A stretch of 64,000 bases of DNA from Candidatus Omnitrophota bacterium (GTDB taxonomy: Bacteria > Omnitrophota > Gorgyraeia > Zapsychrales > Fredricksoniimonadaceae). Of this stretch, positions 7,714 to 17,090 are shown piece by piece; the first letter of the stretch is position 1; every line of letters starts with the position of its first letter. The position numbers were made by a program, and so were the translations under genes. The stretch covers positions 368 to 64,367 of the forward strand of contig JADFXX010000009.1 of the NCBI GenBank assembly GCA_015233335.1. The letters run 5' to 3'. The notes under the pieces were generated by a model. That model did not search any database. It was given only the letters and a program-made list of their open reading frames with translations, and was not told the origin of the DNA.

Positions 7714-8036
7714 TGGAAATTATGATAAAGAGCAAGGTCAATCTTTCAGCTTTTGTCGCTGTTTTAGTCGGACTTCTGATCATCGGGATCGGCGGCTTTA
7801 AAATGTTAGATGCTAAAATTGGCACTGTTTCCATTAAGGAGCACAATGGTTGTGAAAGATTTACGCAGGATCTTGTGGAAAGCCATGCAGAATATCTAAA
7901 GTTTGATTCCCAGCCGTATACAACTTGTAAAGATGGTGTTTTAAAAAGGAATTATTTTGACGGTGTAAAGGTGGTCATTATCGGCGGGCTTATTATCTTG
8001 GGCGGTATTTTAGTAAAGGTGTTCTTTGTTAAGTGA
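7713..8036 (+). CDS. small membrane protein
   Basis: 107 aa with N- and C-terminal hydrophobic helices. The start overlaps the upstream stop (TAATG). Confidence 0.45.
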   Translation: MEIMIKSKVNLSAFVAVLVGLLIIGIGGFKMLDAKIGTVSIKEHNGCERFTQDLVESHAEYLKFDSQPYTTCKDGVLKRNYFDGVKVVIIGGLIILGGILVKVFFVK

Positions 8037-8063
8037 CAAGTCAAAGATGCCAAGAGGTGATCT

Positions 8064-8768
8064 ATGAAAGAACGCGTGATTGTTGTGACCGGTGGAAATC
8101 GTGGTATAGGACATGAGATTTGCCGTCAGTTAGCTCAGTTGGGTTTAATCGTAGTCCTAACATCCCGTAATGAAAAAGAGGGATTGGAAGCTGTTGCTAA
8201 TTTTAACAAACAGGGATTGTCTGTGCGTTTCCACCCATTGGATGTGACGAGTCCTTCCCAAATTCTAAAGTTAAAGGATTTTCTTTCCAAAGAATTTGGG
8301 CGTTGTGATTGTATAGTCAATAATGCAGGAATTTTTCTTGATAATAAAGAGGGGAATTTCTTTAATACGGATATAGCCACTGTGCGCCAAACCATGGAAA
8401 CAAATACTTACGGGCCGTATATGCTTTGTCAGGCCTTGGTTGAGCTTATGAAAAAGAATAATTATGGCCGTATTGTTAATATGTCAAGCGGTCTGGGGCA
8501 ATTGAACGATATGGGGGGCGGTTATGCTGCGTATCGAATGTCCAAGACAGCGATCAATGTTATAACGAAGGTATTAGCAGCGGAACTTGCAGGGACTAAT
8601 ATTTTGGTTAACAGCATGTGTCCCGGATGGGTTAAAACCCGAATGGGTGGAGCTGGTGCTACACGCTCAGTCAAAGAAGGGGCGGACACGGCTGTATGGC
8701 TTTCGACCTTACCGGATGGGGGCCCAACAGGTAAGATTTTCCGCGACCGTCAGGAAGTTCCCTGGTAG
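8064..8768 (+). CDS. SDR-family oxidoreductase (carbonyl-reductase-like)
   Basis: TGGNRGIG cofactor motif, NNAG, and catalytic YRMSK. Confidence 0.85.
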   Translation: MKERVIVVTGGNRGIGHEICRQLAQLGLIVVLTSRNEKEGLEAVANFNKQGLSVRFHPLDVTSPSQILKLKDFLSKEFGRCDCIVNNAGIFLDNKEGNFFNTDIATVRQTMETNTYGPYMLCQALVELMKKNNYGRIVNMSSGLGQLNDMGGGYAAYRMSKTAINVITKVLAAELAGTNILVNSMCPGWVKTRMGGAGATRSVKEGADTAVWLSTLPDGGPTGKIFRDRQEVPW

Positions 8769-8797
8769 GTTAAGGGGGGAACAAGGAAGGCAGTGAT

Positions 8798-9025
8798 ATG
8801 GCTGAATACAATATCGGGGACAAGGTTATTCTTAAAGATGACGGTCAATTGTATACTGTGGTTGGCGTACGAATCGAAGATCATGTTGTGCTTTTTGATT
8901 TAGAAAAAGGTAATGAAAGAGGCCTGGTCAAGTTGACAGTTTTGCGTAGTCAGCTGGAGGTGCAAAAAGCCTATACGCCTCAATATCCGCAGACTGTTGT
9001 CTATAAGAAAAATGTTGGCCGCTAA
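8798..9025 (+). CDS. hypothetical small protein
   Basis: 75-aa ORF in the operon direction. No motif recognised. Confidence 0.4.
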   Translation: MAEYNIGDKVILKDDGQLYTVVGVRIEDHVVLFDLEKGNERGLVKLTVLRSQLEVQKAYTPQYPQTVVYKKNVGR

Positions 9026-9051
9026 CTTCAGGATCAATACCCCAAGATGAG

Positions 9052-9393
9052 ATGATTAAAAGAATGAAGAAAACTTTAACCAAGTATACTAAAAAGGAAC
9101 TGCAATCTATCCATGGCTACTCCAAACGACTTAATCGGATGTTAAAGAAAGATCATGCCCGTGTACTGCTGGACATGATGAGAGCGCACACAGATGAAAT
9201 CAAAGAGCTTTATAATAAAAAGGACAAGCATTATCTTATCGAGACAGGGGACTTAATTGTCTTGTGCCTCGAATTAATGAGGGAAGCAAAACAGTCTCCG
9301 GATGCGGTTTTATTTAAATGCTATCCGAGGTTTCATAAGAAATTACTGCAGCTTATAAAGGAACAGAAAGACCGGAGCAAGCGGGGATTGTGA
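9052..9393 (+). CDS. hypothetical protein (weak MazG-like helical resemblance)
   Basis: 113 aa. ETGDLIVLCLELM is reminiscent of MazG-type pyrophosphohydrolases, but the match is weak. Confidence 0.35.
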   Translation: MIKRMKKTLTKYTKKELQSIHGYSKRLNRMLKKDHARVLLDMMRAHTDEIKELYNKKDKHYLIETGDLIVLCLELMREAKQSPDAVLFKCYPRFHKKLLQLIKEQKDRSKRGL

Positions 9394-9719
9394 TAAACGG
9401 ACAAAGACAAAATGATCTACTTCACGGCGTGACTCTTGAAGCTGTGTTGACTCGTCTGCTTGAGAAGCATGGATGGGAAGGCTTATATAGCCGGATCAAG
9501 ATTAATTGTTTTTTGAAGAACCCGAGTATTAAATCTAGTTTGACCTTCCTGCGCCGTACACCGTGGGCACGAGAAAAAGTCGAGAATCTTTATTGCTATC
9601 TGAAACCAGAGGACAGGGGGGGGATGATCGATCCTTTCAAAGGATTTCCTGAAGGAAACAAGGCTCAAAGTTCAGGGAAGAGACAAGCGTTAAATAATCT
9701 ATTTCAAATATCGGGCTGA
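9390..9719 (+). CDS. DUF2132 / VF530-family protein
   Basis: LHGVTLEAVLTRLLEKHGWEGL...NPSIKSSLTFLRRTPWAREKVENLY matches DUF2132 as I recall it. GTGA overlap with the upstream stop. Confidence 0.7.
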   Translation: MINGQRQNDLLHGVTLEAVLTRLLEKHGWEGLYSRIKINCFLKNPSIKSSLTFLRRTPWAREKVENLYCYLKPEDRGGMIDPFKGFPEGNKAQSSGKRQALNNLFQISG

Positions 9720-9772
9720 TTAGGGTAGAATTACTTAATAGTCAAACCTGTCATTAAAGAAAGGGCATGGTT

Positions 9773-9829
9773 ATGGGAGATAAAAGTCCTCGGAATAAAG
9801 AAAAAAGGAAACCTAAAAAAGGCAAATGA
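9773..9829 (+). CDS. candidate 18-aa lysine-rich micro-ORF
   Basis: ATG at 9773 preceded by AAAGGG; encodes MGDKSPRNKEKRKPKKGK*. Below the track threshold and unverified. Confidence 0.15.
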   Translation: MGDKSPRNKEKRKPKKGK

Positions 9830-9944
9830 CCTGTGTGATAACAAAGCCCCTTGTGATCTAAAAATTGCAGGGGGTTTTTGTTTAAGGGATTGTCTGTATA
9901 GGGGAGGTAGAACGATCTACTGAAGATAAAATCTTTAGAGGAGC

Positions 9945-10151
9945 GTGTGTATGTGCTTCCGATGGGCTAATGATATTATAAAGAGACTAACATGTTTCGA
10001 TTATGCTCTTATCAAAATAGGTGTTTTTGCATTTACACTTATGCTTGCCAAACTTTTGCCGGGGATTCTTTGTCTTGACTGGTATTGGTACGGGCTAGTT
10101 TATGCACTGATAGCTGTGTATTTTATAGTTAAAATTTTGGGGAAGAAGTGA
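9945..10151 (+). CDS. small membrane protein
   Basis: 68 aa with two hydrophobic helices. An alternative ATG lies at 9951. Confidence 0.4.
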   Translation: MCMCFRWANDIIKRLTCFDYALIKIGVFAFTLMLAKLLPGILCLDWYWYGLVYALIAVYFIVKILGKK

Positions 10152-10160
10152 GCCTGTTTT

Positions 10161-10841
10161 ATGTGCGGACGATACGGCTTTGCCAAGCCTAAAGAGCAGG
10201 TCATGAAGCGGTTTAATATAGAACGGGTCCCCGAAGATCTGCCCTTGCTTTATAACATAGCCCCGCAACAAAATGCCCCTGCCATTTTAAATACTTTCCC
10301 CAACGAAGTGGCGATGGCTCGATTTGGTCTTGTCCCATCCTGGTCAAAGGAAGAAAAGACTTCATACAGCATGATCAATGCCCGTGCTGAAACAATAATG
10401 GAAAAGCAGACATATAAACGTTTGATTAAATCAAAGAGGTGTTTGGTTTTATCCGACGGGTTTTATGAATGGCAGAAAAAGGTGGATAAGAAAACTCCTT
10501 ATCGAATTTTCTTGAAGAATGAAGAGCCCTTTGCTTTTGCTGGTATCTGGGATCATTGGGGGGAAGGGGAGAATGAGTTTTATTCTTTCAGCATCATAAC
10601 GACTGTCGCTAATAAGTTGGTGGCTGGGATCCATGACAGGATGCCGGTTATTTTAGATCCGGAAGATGAATCAGTATGGCTTCAGGGCAACACGCCGTTG
10701 GATCGAGTTTTGGCTATGCTTAGAAGCTATCCGGCTGAGAAAATGGATGCGTATCCGATAAGTAATTTGGTGAATTCACCGGAGAATAATACGGAGGAAG
10801 TGATTAAGGCGGAGGGAGAGAGGTATGTTAAAGAATCTTAG
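10161..10841 (+). CDS. SOS response-associated peptidase (SRAP/YedK/HMCES family)
   Basis: N-terminal MCGRY with catalytic Cys2, and family-typical length of 226 aa. Confidence 0.85.
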   Translation: MCGRYGFAKPKEQVMKRFNIERVPEDLPLLYNIAPQQNAPAILNTFPNEVAMARFGLVPSWSKEEKTSYSMINARAETIMEKQTYKRLIKSKRCLVLSDGFYEWQKKVDKKTPYRIFLKNEEPFAFAGIWDHWGEGENEFYSFSIITTVANKLVAGIHDRMPVILDPEDESVWLQGNTPLDRVLAMLRSYPAEKMDAYPISNLVNSPENNTEEVIKAEGERYVKES

Positions 10842-11217
10842 TCGGTTGAGCATCCTTCTTTTATTCTGTTTTTGCGCTTTTTCGTGCACTTCCAAAGATT
10901 CTGTCTTATCTATACCCCAAGAAACAGGGGAAGGTGGCGTTGCAGGGGTTCAAGCGCATGATTTTGCGCCGGGTCAGCTTGAAGCGCATTACCAGAAGCA
11001 TGGAGGGCAGTTCGGGGCGATCACGATCGACCAATATCTAGACCAGGCCCGGAGGCTTTTGGATGCTCCGGCGGGGAATGATGTTGCAAAGAAGATCAGG
11101 CCCAACGGCGACATCTTGCATTACCGTATCTCGACTGGAGAATTTGCAGTCATGACCCCCCGCGGTCGGATCCGGACCTACTTTAAGACCGATATGCGTT
11201 ACTGGATGAAACAATGA
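10825..11217 (+). CDS. lipoprotein, unknown function
   Basis: Lipobox-like LLFCFCAFSC. The mature part carries HYQKHGGQFG...YLDQARRLL...IRTYF, which faintly resembles small secreted nuclease/toxin domains; this resemblance is unverified. Confidence 0.5.
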   Translation: MLKNLSRLSILLLFCFCAFSCTSKDSVLSIPQETGEGGVAGVQAHDFAPGQLEAHYQKHGGQFGAITIDQYLDQARRLLDAPAGNDVAKKIRPNGDILHYRISTGEFAVMTPRGRIRTYFKTDMRYWMKQ

Positions 11218-11465
11218 AGAGCCCTTTTTATATTTGTCCGGTTTGTGGGTTTAACGGCCTGAAGGAAATTCCGTATGACAAGCACGGCTCTGCGTCTTAT
11301 GAGATCTGCCTTTGTTGTGGTTTTGAGTTCGGGTTCGAAGGAAAAGGGAACATGGCTTTGTTCAGGGAAGACTGGATCAGGAAAGGCGCGCCCTGGTTTT
11401 CGCCTGGTTTGAAGCCCGAAAATTGGGATCTGCAAAAACAGTTGGCCAATCTTAAAGAAGGATAG
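11214..11465 (+). CDS. cysteine-rich CPCC-like small protein
   Basis: YICPVCGF...YEICLCCGFEFGFEG. ATGA overlap with the upstream gene. Confidence 0.5.
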   Translation: MKSPFYICPVCGFNGLKEIPYDKHGSASYEICLCCGFEFGFEGKGNMALFREDWIRKGAPWFSPGLKPENWDLQKQLANLKEG

Positions 11466-11474
11466 GATGAGCTC

Positions 11475-11903
11475 ATGACTAAAGTCGTAGAAATTTTCAA
11501 AGCGGATACAGCGATCAAACAGCCACTGCCATTGTATCTGTCCCGTATCAAAGCGGGCTTTCCTTCTCCGGCAGAGGATTATTTAGACAAAAAGCTGGAT
11601 TTAAATGAATACCTTATTAAACATCCGGCATCGACGTTCTTTGTCAAGGTCAAGGGTGATTCTATGATAGGGGCGGGCATTAACTCTGGCGATATTCTGA
11701 TCGTTGACCGCTCCCTTGAGCCTAAAGATAAACGTATCATTGTGGCTGTTGTCAACGGGGATTTTACAGTCAAGAGAATCACAAAGAGGCAAGATAAGGT
11801 ATTTTTGATCGCAGAGAACCCCAAGTATTCTCCGATAGAAATAAAGGATGGTATGGATTTTGAAGTTTGGGGTGTTGTTGTTCATGTAATCCATTCGGTG
11901 TGA
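11475..11903 (+). CDS. umuD: translesion polymerase V accessory subunit UmuD (S24 LexA-like peptidase)
   Basis: GDSMIGAGINSGDILIVDR...AVVNGDFTVKR, with the Ser/Lys dyad region. Confidence 0.85.
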   Translation: MTKVVEIFKADTAIKQPLPLYLSRIKAGFPSPAEDYLDKKLDLNEYLIKHPASTFFVKVKGDSMIGAGINSGDILIVDRSLEPKDKRIIVAVVNGDFTVKRITKRQDKVFLIAENPKYSPIEIKDGMDFEVWGVVVHVIHSV

Positions 11904-11904
11904 T

Positions 11905-13173
11905 ATGAATAAAGTTTTTGCCTTAGTTGATTGCAATAGTTTTTATGTGTCCTGCGAAAGAGTGTTTAATCCCGCCCTTAAGAATAAACCTGTAGTTGTC
12001 TTGTCCAATAATGATGGTTGCGCTATTTCACGTTCTCAGGAAGCTAAGGACGTTGGCATCGCTATGGGGGCGCCTATTTTTCAATGTGAAGAATTGGTCA
12101 ATCGTCACGATGTTAGAGTATTTTCGGCTAATTTTGTCCTTTACGGGGATATGTCGGACAGGGTTATGTCTGCTTTGGCGTCTTTTACTCCTAATTTAGA
12201 GATTTATTCGATTGATGAGGCATTTCTGTCTTTAGAAGGCTTTGAGAATTACGGCTATTTGTCTTATGGCCGGAAGATAAGAAGTGCCGTCAAAGAACGG
12301 ACAGGCATACCTGTTTCTGTGGGTATTGCCCCGACCAAGACGCTTTCTAAAGTCGCTAATCATATTGCTAAAGATAACCCCGGAATGGGCGGGGTGTTTT
12401 GTTTGATTGATGAAAAGGATATCGATCGCTGGCTTGAAAAGACCCCCGTTAAGGAAATTTGGGGGATAGGGGCCGAAAAGGCCTTGTTTTTGAACCGAAA
12501 TGGCATCTTTAATGCTCTACAATTGAAGAAAGCGCCGGATGAGTGGATCAAAAAACATTTAACTGTTGTAACCTTGCGAACGCTTAGAGAGCTTCGCGGC
12601 ATCCCTTCCCTATCGTTTGATGAGCCGCAGCCCAATAAGAAGGCCATTGTGACCTCTCGTACGTTTGGTTATGAGGTCAGCGGTTTAGGTGAGATGCAAG
12701 AAGCTGTCTCGGCTTATGTATCAAAGGCCGCCCAGAAATTACGTAGTCAGAATTCAGTAGCCGGGTATGTTCAGGTTTTTATTGAAACAAATCCGTTCAA
12801 AGGTTCATATTATCGTAATTCAGCAAGTATTGATATCACACCGCCGACGGCGTATACGCCGCAATTAGTTGAGACGGCCAAGGGGCTTTTATCAAAAATA
12901 TACAAAGAAGGCTGCCGTTATAAAAGCTGTGGGGTTATGCTGACCAATTTTTCGGATGAGAATTTGCTTGCGCAGGATTTGTTTAAACCTGTCTATACGG
13001 GGAGTTTGAATCAGCGGTTGATGAAAGTGTTGGATGAATACAACCGGCGTGCTGACAGCGGGCAGTTATTTTTTGCGGCCCAAGGGTTAGGTAAACCGTG
13101 GTTTATGAAGCAATCGCACAAGTCCAAACGATTTACGACGCGTTGGGATGAGTTGTTGGAGATAAAAATTTAA
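11905..13173 (+). CDS. umuC: Y-family DNA polymerase UmuC
   Basis: FALVDCNSFYVSCERVFNP...VVVLSNNDGC...IDEAFL, and 422 aa. Confidence 0.9.
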   Translation: MNKVFALVDCNSFYVSCERVFNPALKNKPVVVLSNNDGCAISRSQEAKDVGIAMGAPIFQCEELVNRHDVRVFSANFVLYGDMSDRVMSALASFTPNLEIYSIDEAFLSLEGFENYGYLSYGRKIRSAVKERTGIPVSVGIAPTKTLSKVANHIAKDNPGMGGVFCLIDEKDIDRWLEKTPVKEIWGIGAEKALFLNRNGIFNALQLKKAPDEWIKKHLTVVTLRTLRELRGIPSLSFDEPQPNKKAIVTSRTFGYEVSGLGEMQEAVSAYVSKAAQKLRSQNSVAGYVQVFIETNPFKGSYYRNSASIDITPPTAYTPQLVETAKGLLSKIYKEGCRYKSCGVMLTNFSDENLLAQDLFKPVYTGSLNQRLMKVLDEYNRRADSGQLFFAAQGLGKPWFMKQSHKSKRFTTRWDELLEIKI

Positions 13174-13529
13174 TGTCAAAACGTGCAGTGACCCAAGGAG
13201 CGGTTCTTTTAACTTCGTTATTCATCCTTACAACGCCTGTCTTTGCGAATCAATGCGGGTTTAATTATGATCAACACCCGAACATCCGGGTAAAGAGGGT
13301 GATCGGAACAATTAAAGAAATAAACCGTAACACGATCGTCGTATTTGATGAAACAGATAAAATTTTAAGAACATTCGTTGATGTTGCTAACGGGGCAGGG
13401 TTTATTGTCGGGAACAGGGTCAGGATTCTCTATTTAACTAAAGACAACACTGTTGAGAGCATAAAGAAGGTCAAGCCCGTTGAATACATAAAAAACAGTC
13501 AAAATTTGGGGTATATTTTTCAAAAATGA
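13173..13529 (+). CDS. exported hypothetical protein
   Basis: Signal-like N-terminus (LLTSLFILTTPVFA). The start overlaps the umuC stop by 1 nt. Confidence 0.45.
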   Translation: MSKRAVTQGAVLLTSLFILTTPVFANQCGFNYDQHPNIRVKRVIGTIKEINRNTIVVFDETDKILRTFVDVANGAGFIVGNRVRILYLTKDNTVESIKKVKPVEYIKNSQNLGYIFQK

Positions 13530-13654
13530 GGAATATTCTTAAACTTTTAATGCCCCACAAATTAAGGAATTCTGCTATACTTAACCCAATATTTTATAAA
13601 CAGATCCGCCGTTTAATTTTTTATATATATTAAATTTAGTGTATTTTTGGTTTT

Positions 13655-15148
13655 ATGGGCAAAATAGCAATCGCTATTTTTTTATCCGCGTTTTTTTTAC
13701 TCCGTCCGTTCTCTATGCAAGAGACCGGGTTAATGTATCCTCATGATGATTTTGATTATTTTGCCCACGCTTCTTCATTGGTTTTCGGCCAATTCCCTTC
13801 CTATCAAAAAGAATATTTCGATTATCCTCATTTAGTTCCTTTAGGGAGCATAGGATCAGCAATTCTAGCCGCCCCGTTTGTTTTTACCTTTTCATTGATC
13901 GATCGAATCAAAGGTTCAGACATCTCGACACAAAGAACGTCTGATAATGTGCCTCAAAGCTGGTCAGTATTTGGGTTTGTATTTTCCAGTGTTTTTTATT
14001 TTTCCCTGGCGTGTTTATTGCTTTATCAAGCTGTTAAACTTTACGTTAAACCTGATATAGCAAGCTGGGCAGTCATTTTTATGGCTGTTTGCCAGGGGAT
14101 GCCGCTTTTTGCCTTTCGTCGTCCCGTGTTTAGCCATGCATCCGAATTTTTTCTTCAAAGTTTATTGTTGTATTGTTTCTTAAGAAATGAAAAAGTAGAC
14201 GGAGCGTTTATAAAACGCTGGTGGCAGTTTGTTCTGCTGGGGGTCGTGGCCGCCTTGGTTTTCCTTACAAGGTACAACAATCTTTTCTTTGCGCTTGTGT
14301 GGCCTTTGTTTTTTATCGGAAGAAATCCCCAGCATAAAACAAGGGGGGAGCTTTTGACACAGGCTTTGTGTGTCACACTGCCTCTGATATTTTTTCTTGT
14401 TTTCTTTAAATGGTGGCCGCATTTATATAATCCCAATGGCCAGGGTTACTCCATTAGTCTTGTTATGCCCCACGGGACAATACTGCAAATCATTGAACAT
14501 TTAGTGCATGTTTTTATAGGGATTGACTGGGGGCTTATTTTTACAGCACCTTTTTTATTATTGGGTTTGTTGGGCTTAGCCTTATGGAAGGCGCCTTTAA
14601 AGAAGACCTATATTCTAGTCATGCTTCCTTTGATCGTTAATTTTTATATTATTGCCATTTATGGTTCGCAGGGCGGCTGGTATGGTTATCGTTACATGTT
14701 TGTTTCTGCGTTTCCATTACTAGTTCTTCCTTTGGCAATCTTGATGGATTGGGCAGAACAGCGCCTGGGCGTTTGGAATAAAATTTTGATGTTTCTCTTC
14801 GCGCTGATGCCAATAGTATCCATGATTTGTTTTGAAAGCAATGATCTAACGTTCATAGTCCCTATTCCGCAATATTTTGGTTTAATTGATTATAGTAACG
14901 CAAATTATCAGATAGGTGCCTGGCAAACTGTTTTACAGATCCAACAGCATTGGCAGGATATTTTCCAGGGGGGCGGGGAATATTTTTATAAGCTTTATTC
15001 AAGCATAGATCTTTGGTATAGCCTTTGTAAAATTGGGTATCAACAGTATTTTCCGATGATATTTGGCCTGCTTATCAAAGTTTTAATGATCTATTTGGCC
15101 CCATTTGTCCTTTGGTGGTCTTTGAGCAGGATTTCTGTAAGAAAATGA
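13655..15148 (+). CDS. polytopic membrane protein, GT-C (ArnT/PMT, GT39/83)-like glycosyltransferase
   Basis: 497 aa with more than 10 hydrophobic helices. The acidic first-loop motif YPHDDFDYF is typical of GT-C enzymes. Confidence 0.55.
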   Translation: MGKIAIAIFLSAFFLLRPFSMQETGLMYPHDDFDYFAHASSLVFGQFPSYQKEYFDYPHLVPLGSIGSAILAAPFVFTFSLIDRIKGSDISTQRTSDNVPQSWSVFGFVFSSVFYFSLACLLLYQAVKLYVKPDIASWAVIFMAVCQGMPLFAFRRPVFSHASEFFLQSLLLYCFLRNEKVDGAFIKRWWQFVLLGVVAALVFLTRYNNLFFALVWPLFFIGRNPQHKTRGELLTQALCVTLPLIFFLVFFKWWPHLYNPNGQGYSISLVMPHGTILQIIEHLVHVFIGIDWGLIFTAPFLLLGLLGLALWKAPLKKTYILVMLPLIVNFYIIAIYGSQGGWYGYRYMFVSAFPLLVLPLAILMDWAEQRLGVWNKILMFLFALMPIVSMICFESNDLTFIVPIPQYFGLIDYSNANYQIGAWQTVLQIQQHWQDIFQGGGEYFYKLYSSIDLWYSLCKIGYQQYFPMIFGLLIKVLMIYLAPFVLWWSLSRISVRK

Positions 15149-16005
15149 TGAAGTCTAAAGAAATATTAAAGCATTTTTGTAATCTTTGTCAGCATGAGAC
15201 CCCTTGTGTCAAATTATACCGCTTGAAGGGTTATGATATTGTACAGTGCGCTGATTGCGGCTTAGTGTATGTCGCTTTTGGCGCAAGTCCGATCGTTAAA
15301 GTGGCGGATATATATTCTCAGGACTATTTTGAAGGCGGAGTCTCGGACGGCTATGTGGAGTACAGTTCTAATGAAGAAGTTTTATGTCATCAAGCAAAGA
15401 GGATCATCCGTCAAATATTTCCCTATCAAAACTCCGGGACATTGTTAGAAATTGGTTGTGCGTATGGTTTTTTTCTTCTGGAAGCCCGGAAATTTTTTAA
15501 GGTCCAAGGGGTTGAGAAGAGCTCTTTTGCGGCAGGGCAGGCAAAAAACCGCGGATTGGATGTTCTTGTAGGGGATTTGCCTGATTTAAATCTTCCTAAG
15601 CTCAATTATTCGACGGTCTGTTTGTTTGACTGTATTGAGCATTTAACAGATCCGTATGGTTATTTAAGGCATATCCATGCGCTTCTTGAGCCCAAAGGCT
15701 TGGTTGTCCTGACGACAGGCGATATTAACAGTTTTTATGCCCGGATTGCCGGTCAGAAATGGCGATTGATGACGCCTCCCCAGCATCTTTTTTATTTTTC
15801 AAGACGGACAATGGAAAAAATCTTAGAAAAAACAGGATTCAAAGTCTTAAAGTTGAGCTGCCCATGGAAACTTGTGCCTTGGAAATTAATCCTTTATCAA
15901 ATCAGCCCTTTTTTAAAGTCTTTTCTTGGGCCCCTTGGTCGCCTATCCGCCGGAATTTATATTAACTTGTATGATGTTATGTTCATTATCGCACAGAAAG
16001 AGTAG
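15145..16005 (+). CDS. class I SAM-dependent methyltransferase with N-terminal zinc-ribbon
   Basis: CNLC...CADCG, then motif I LLEIGCAYGFF. ATG at 15145 overlaps the upstream TGA (ATGA). Confidence 0.75.
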   Translation: MMKSKEILKHFCNLCQHETPCVKLYRLKGYDIVQCADCGLVYVAFGASPIVKVADIYSQDYFEGGVSDGYVEYSSNEEVLCHQAKRIIRQIFPYQNSGTLLEIGCAYGFFLLEARKFFKVQGVEKSSFAAGQAKNRGLDVLVGDLPDLNLPKLNYSTVCLFDCIEHLTDPYGYLRHIHALLEPKGLVVLTTGDINSFYARIAGQKWRLMTPPQHLFYFSRRTMEKILEKTGFKVLKLSCPWKLVPWKLILYQISPFLKSFLGPLGRLSAGIYINLYDVMFIIAQKE

Positions 16006-16011
16006 GCTCAT

Positions 16012-16698
16012 TTGTATCCGAGAAACCCTAAAATCTTTTTCCTTATACCGGCTTACAATGAATCAAAGGTGATTGGTGATGTGGTACGCTCTGTTAAATC
16101 GGAGTTTGAGGATGTCGTTGTCATTGATGACGGCTCTATAGACCAAACATCTCAAAAAGCGCAAGAAGCCGGCGCCGTGGTATTGAAACATTTAATGAAC
16201 CGGGGCCAAGGAGCTGCTTTAAAAACAGGGATTGATTATGCGCTTTGTGAGGGAGCAGATATTTTAGTGACTTTCGACAGTGATGGTCAGCATCAATTGG
16301 ATGATGCGAAAAACATGATCAGTCAAATTTTAACAGGACGCTACGATGTCATTTTAGGCTCAAGATTTCTTTATAAAGATAATCAAATTCCATGGCTGCG
16401 AAGGGGCGTATTAAAATTAGGGACAGTTTTTACTTGTCTAGTTTCCGGAATAAAGGTGACGGACACCCATAACGGCCTGCGCGTTTTATTACGCAGCGCG
16501 GCAGAACAAATGCTCATTCAACAAGACAGGATGGCCCATGCTTCAGAGATTTTAGATGAAATCGGCAGATTAAAATTACGCTACTGCGAGTTTCCGACGC
16601 GAATTGTTTACACGGATTATTCTAAACAAAAAGGCCAAAATTCTCTCAATGCGTTTCGTATTTTGAGGGACTTCTTAATTCAAAAGTTGGGGGGGTAG
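16012..16698 (+). CDS. glycosyltransferase family 2 (polyprenyl-phosphate sugar transferase-like)
   Basis: IPAYNES...VIDDGSIDQT...FDSDGQH (DxD region). TTG start. Confidence 0.8.
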   Translation: MYPRNPKIFFLIPAYNESKVIGDVVRSVKSEFEDVVVIDDGSIDQTSQKAQEAGAVVLKHLMNRGQGAALKTGIDYALCEGADILVTFDSDGQHQLDDAKNMISQILTGRYDVILGSRFLYKDNQIPWLRRGVLKLGTVFTCLVSGIKVTDTHNGLRVLLRSAAEQMLIQQDRMAHASEILDEIGRLKLRYCEFPTRIVYTDYSKQKGQNSLNAFRILRDFLIQKLGG

Positions 16699-16701
16699 TT
16701 T

Positions 16702-17040
16702 ATGCAATTTATTCAATTCATTATTATCCTATTTGCAATTTTTGCGCTTACAGGGATTTTTATACGCTTTCGTCGGAAGACAATCAACTTTTTGGAATTC
16801 TTTTTATGGAGTTTTTTCTGGTTCATGGTTGGATTGTGCGTCTCCCTCCCGAATATAACCCAGTGGTTTGCTAAAATTCTGGGTGTCGGTAGAGGAGCTG
16901 ATGCGGTATTCTATATAGGCATAGTTTCTCTCAGCTACTTTCTTTTTCGTCTTTATATTAAAATTCGGCACATAGAACAGGAAATAACCCACGTTGTACG
17001 TAAATTGGCGTTAAATGACTTAGAACACACGAAGAAGTAA
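16702..17040 (+). CDS. DUF2304-family small membrane protein
   Basis: 112 aa with three helices. The usual partner of GT2 genes of this type. Confidence 0.65.
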   Translation: MQFIQFIIILFAIFALTGIFIRFRRKTINFLEFFLWSFFWFMVGLCVSLPNITQWFAKILGVGRGADAVFYIGIVSLSYFLFRLYIKIRHIEQEITHVVRKLALNDLEHTKK

Positions 17041-17090
17041 TCAACAGTCTCCCATTATAAGGGAGCAGAAAGGCCTACGGAAAGAGGGTT

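Noticed and set aside
8587-8796. 69-aa ORF overlapping the SDR gene 3' end
   Set aside because: It is an alternative frame of a gene with clear SDR motifs, and has no independent support.
9840-10160. Search for a LexA/SOS box upstream of the SRAP-umuDC operon
   Set aside because: Only weak palindromes such as GTAGAACGATCTAC were seen. None matches CTGT-N8-ACAG or GAAC-N4-GTTC types, and the lineage's LexA motif is unknown to me.
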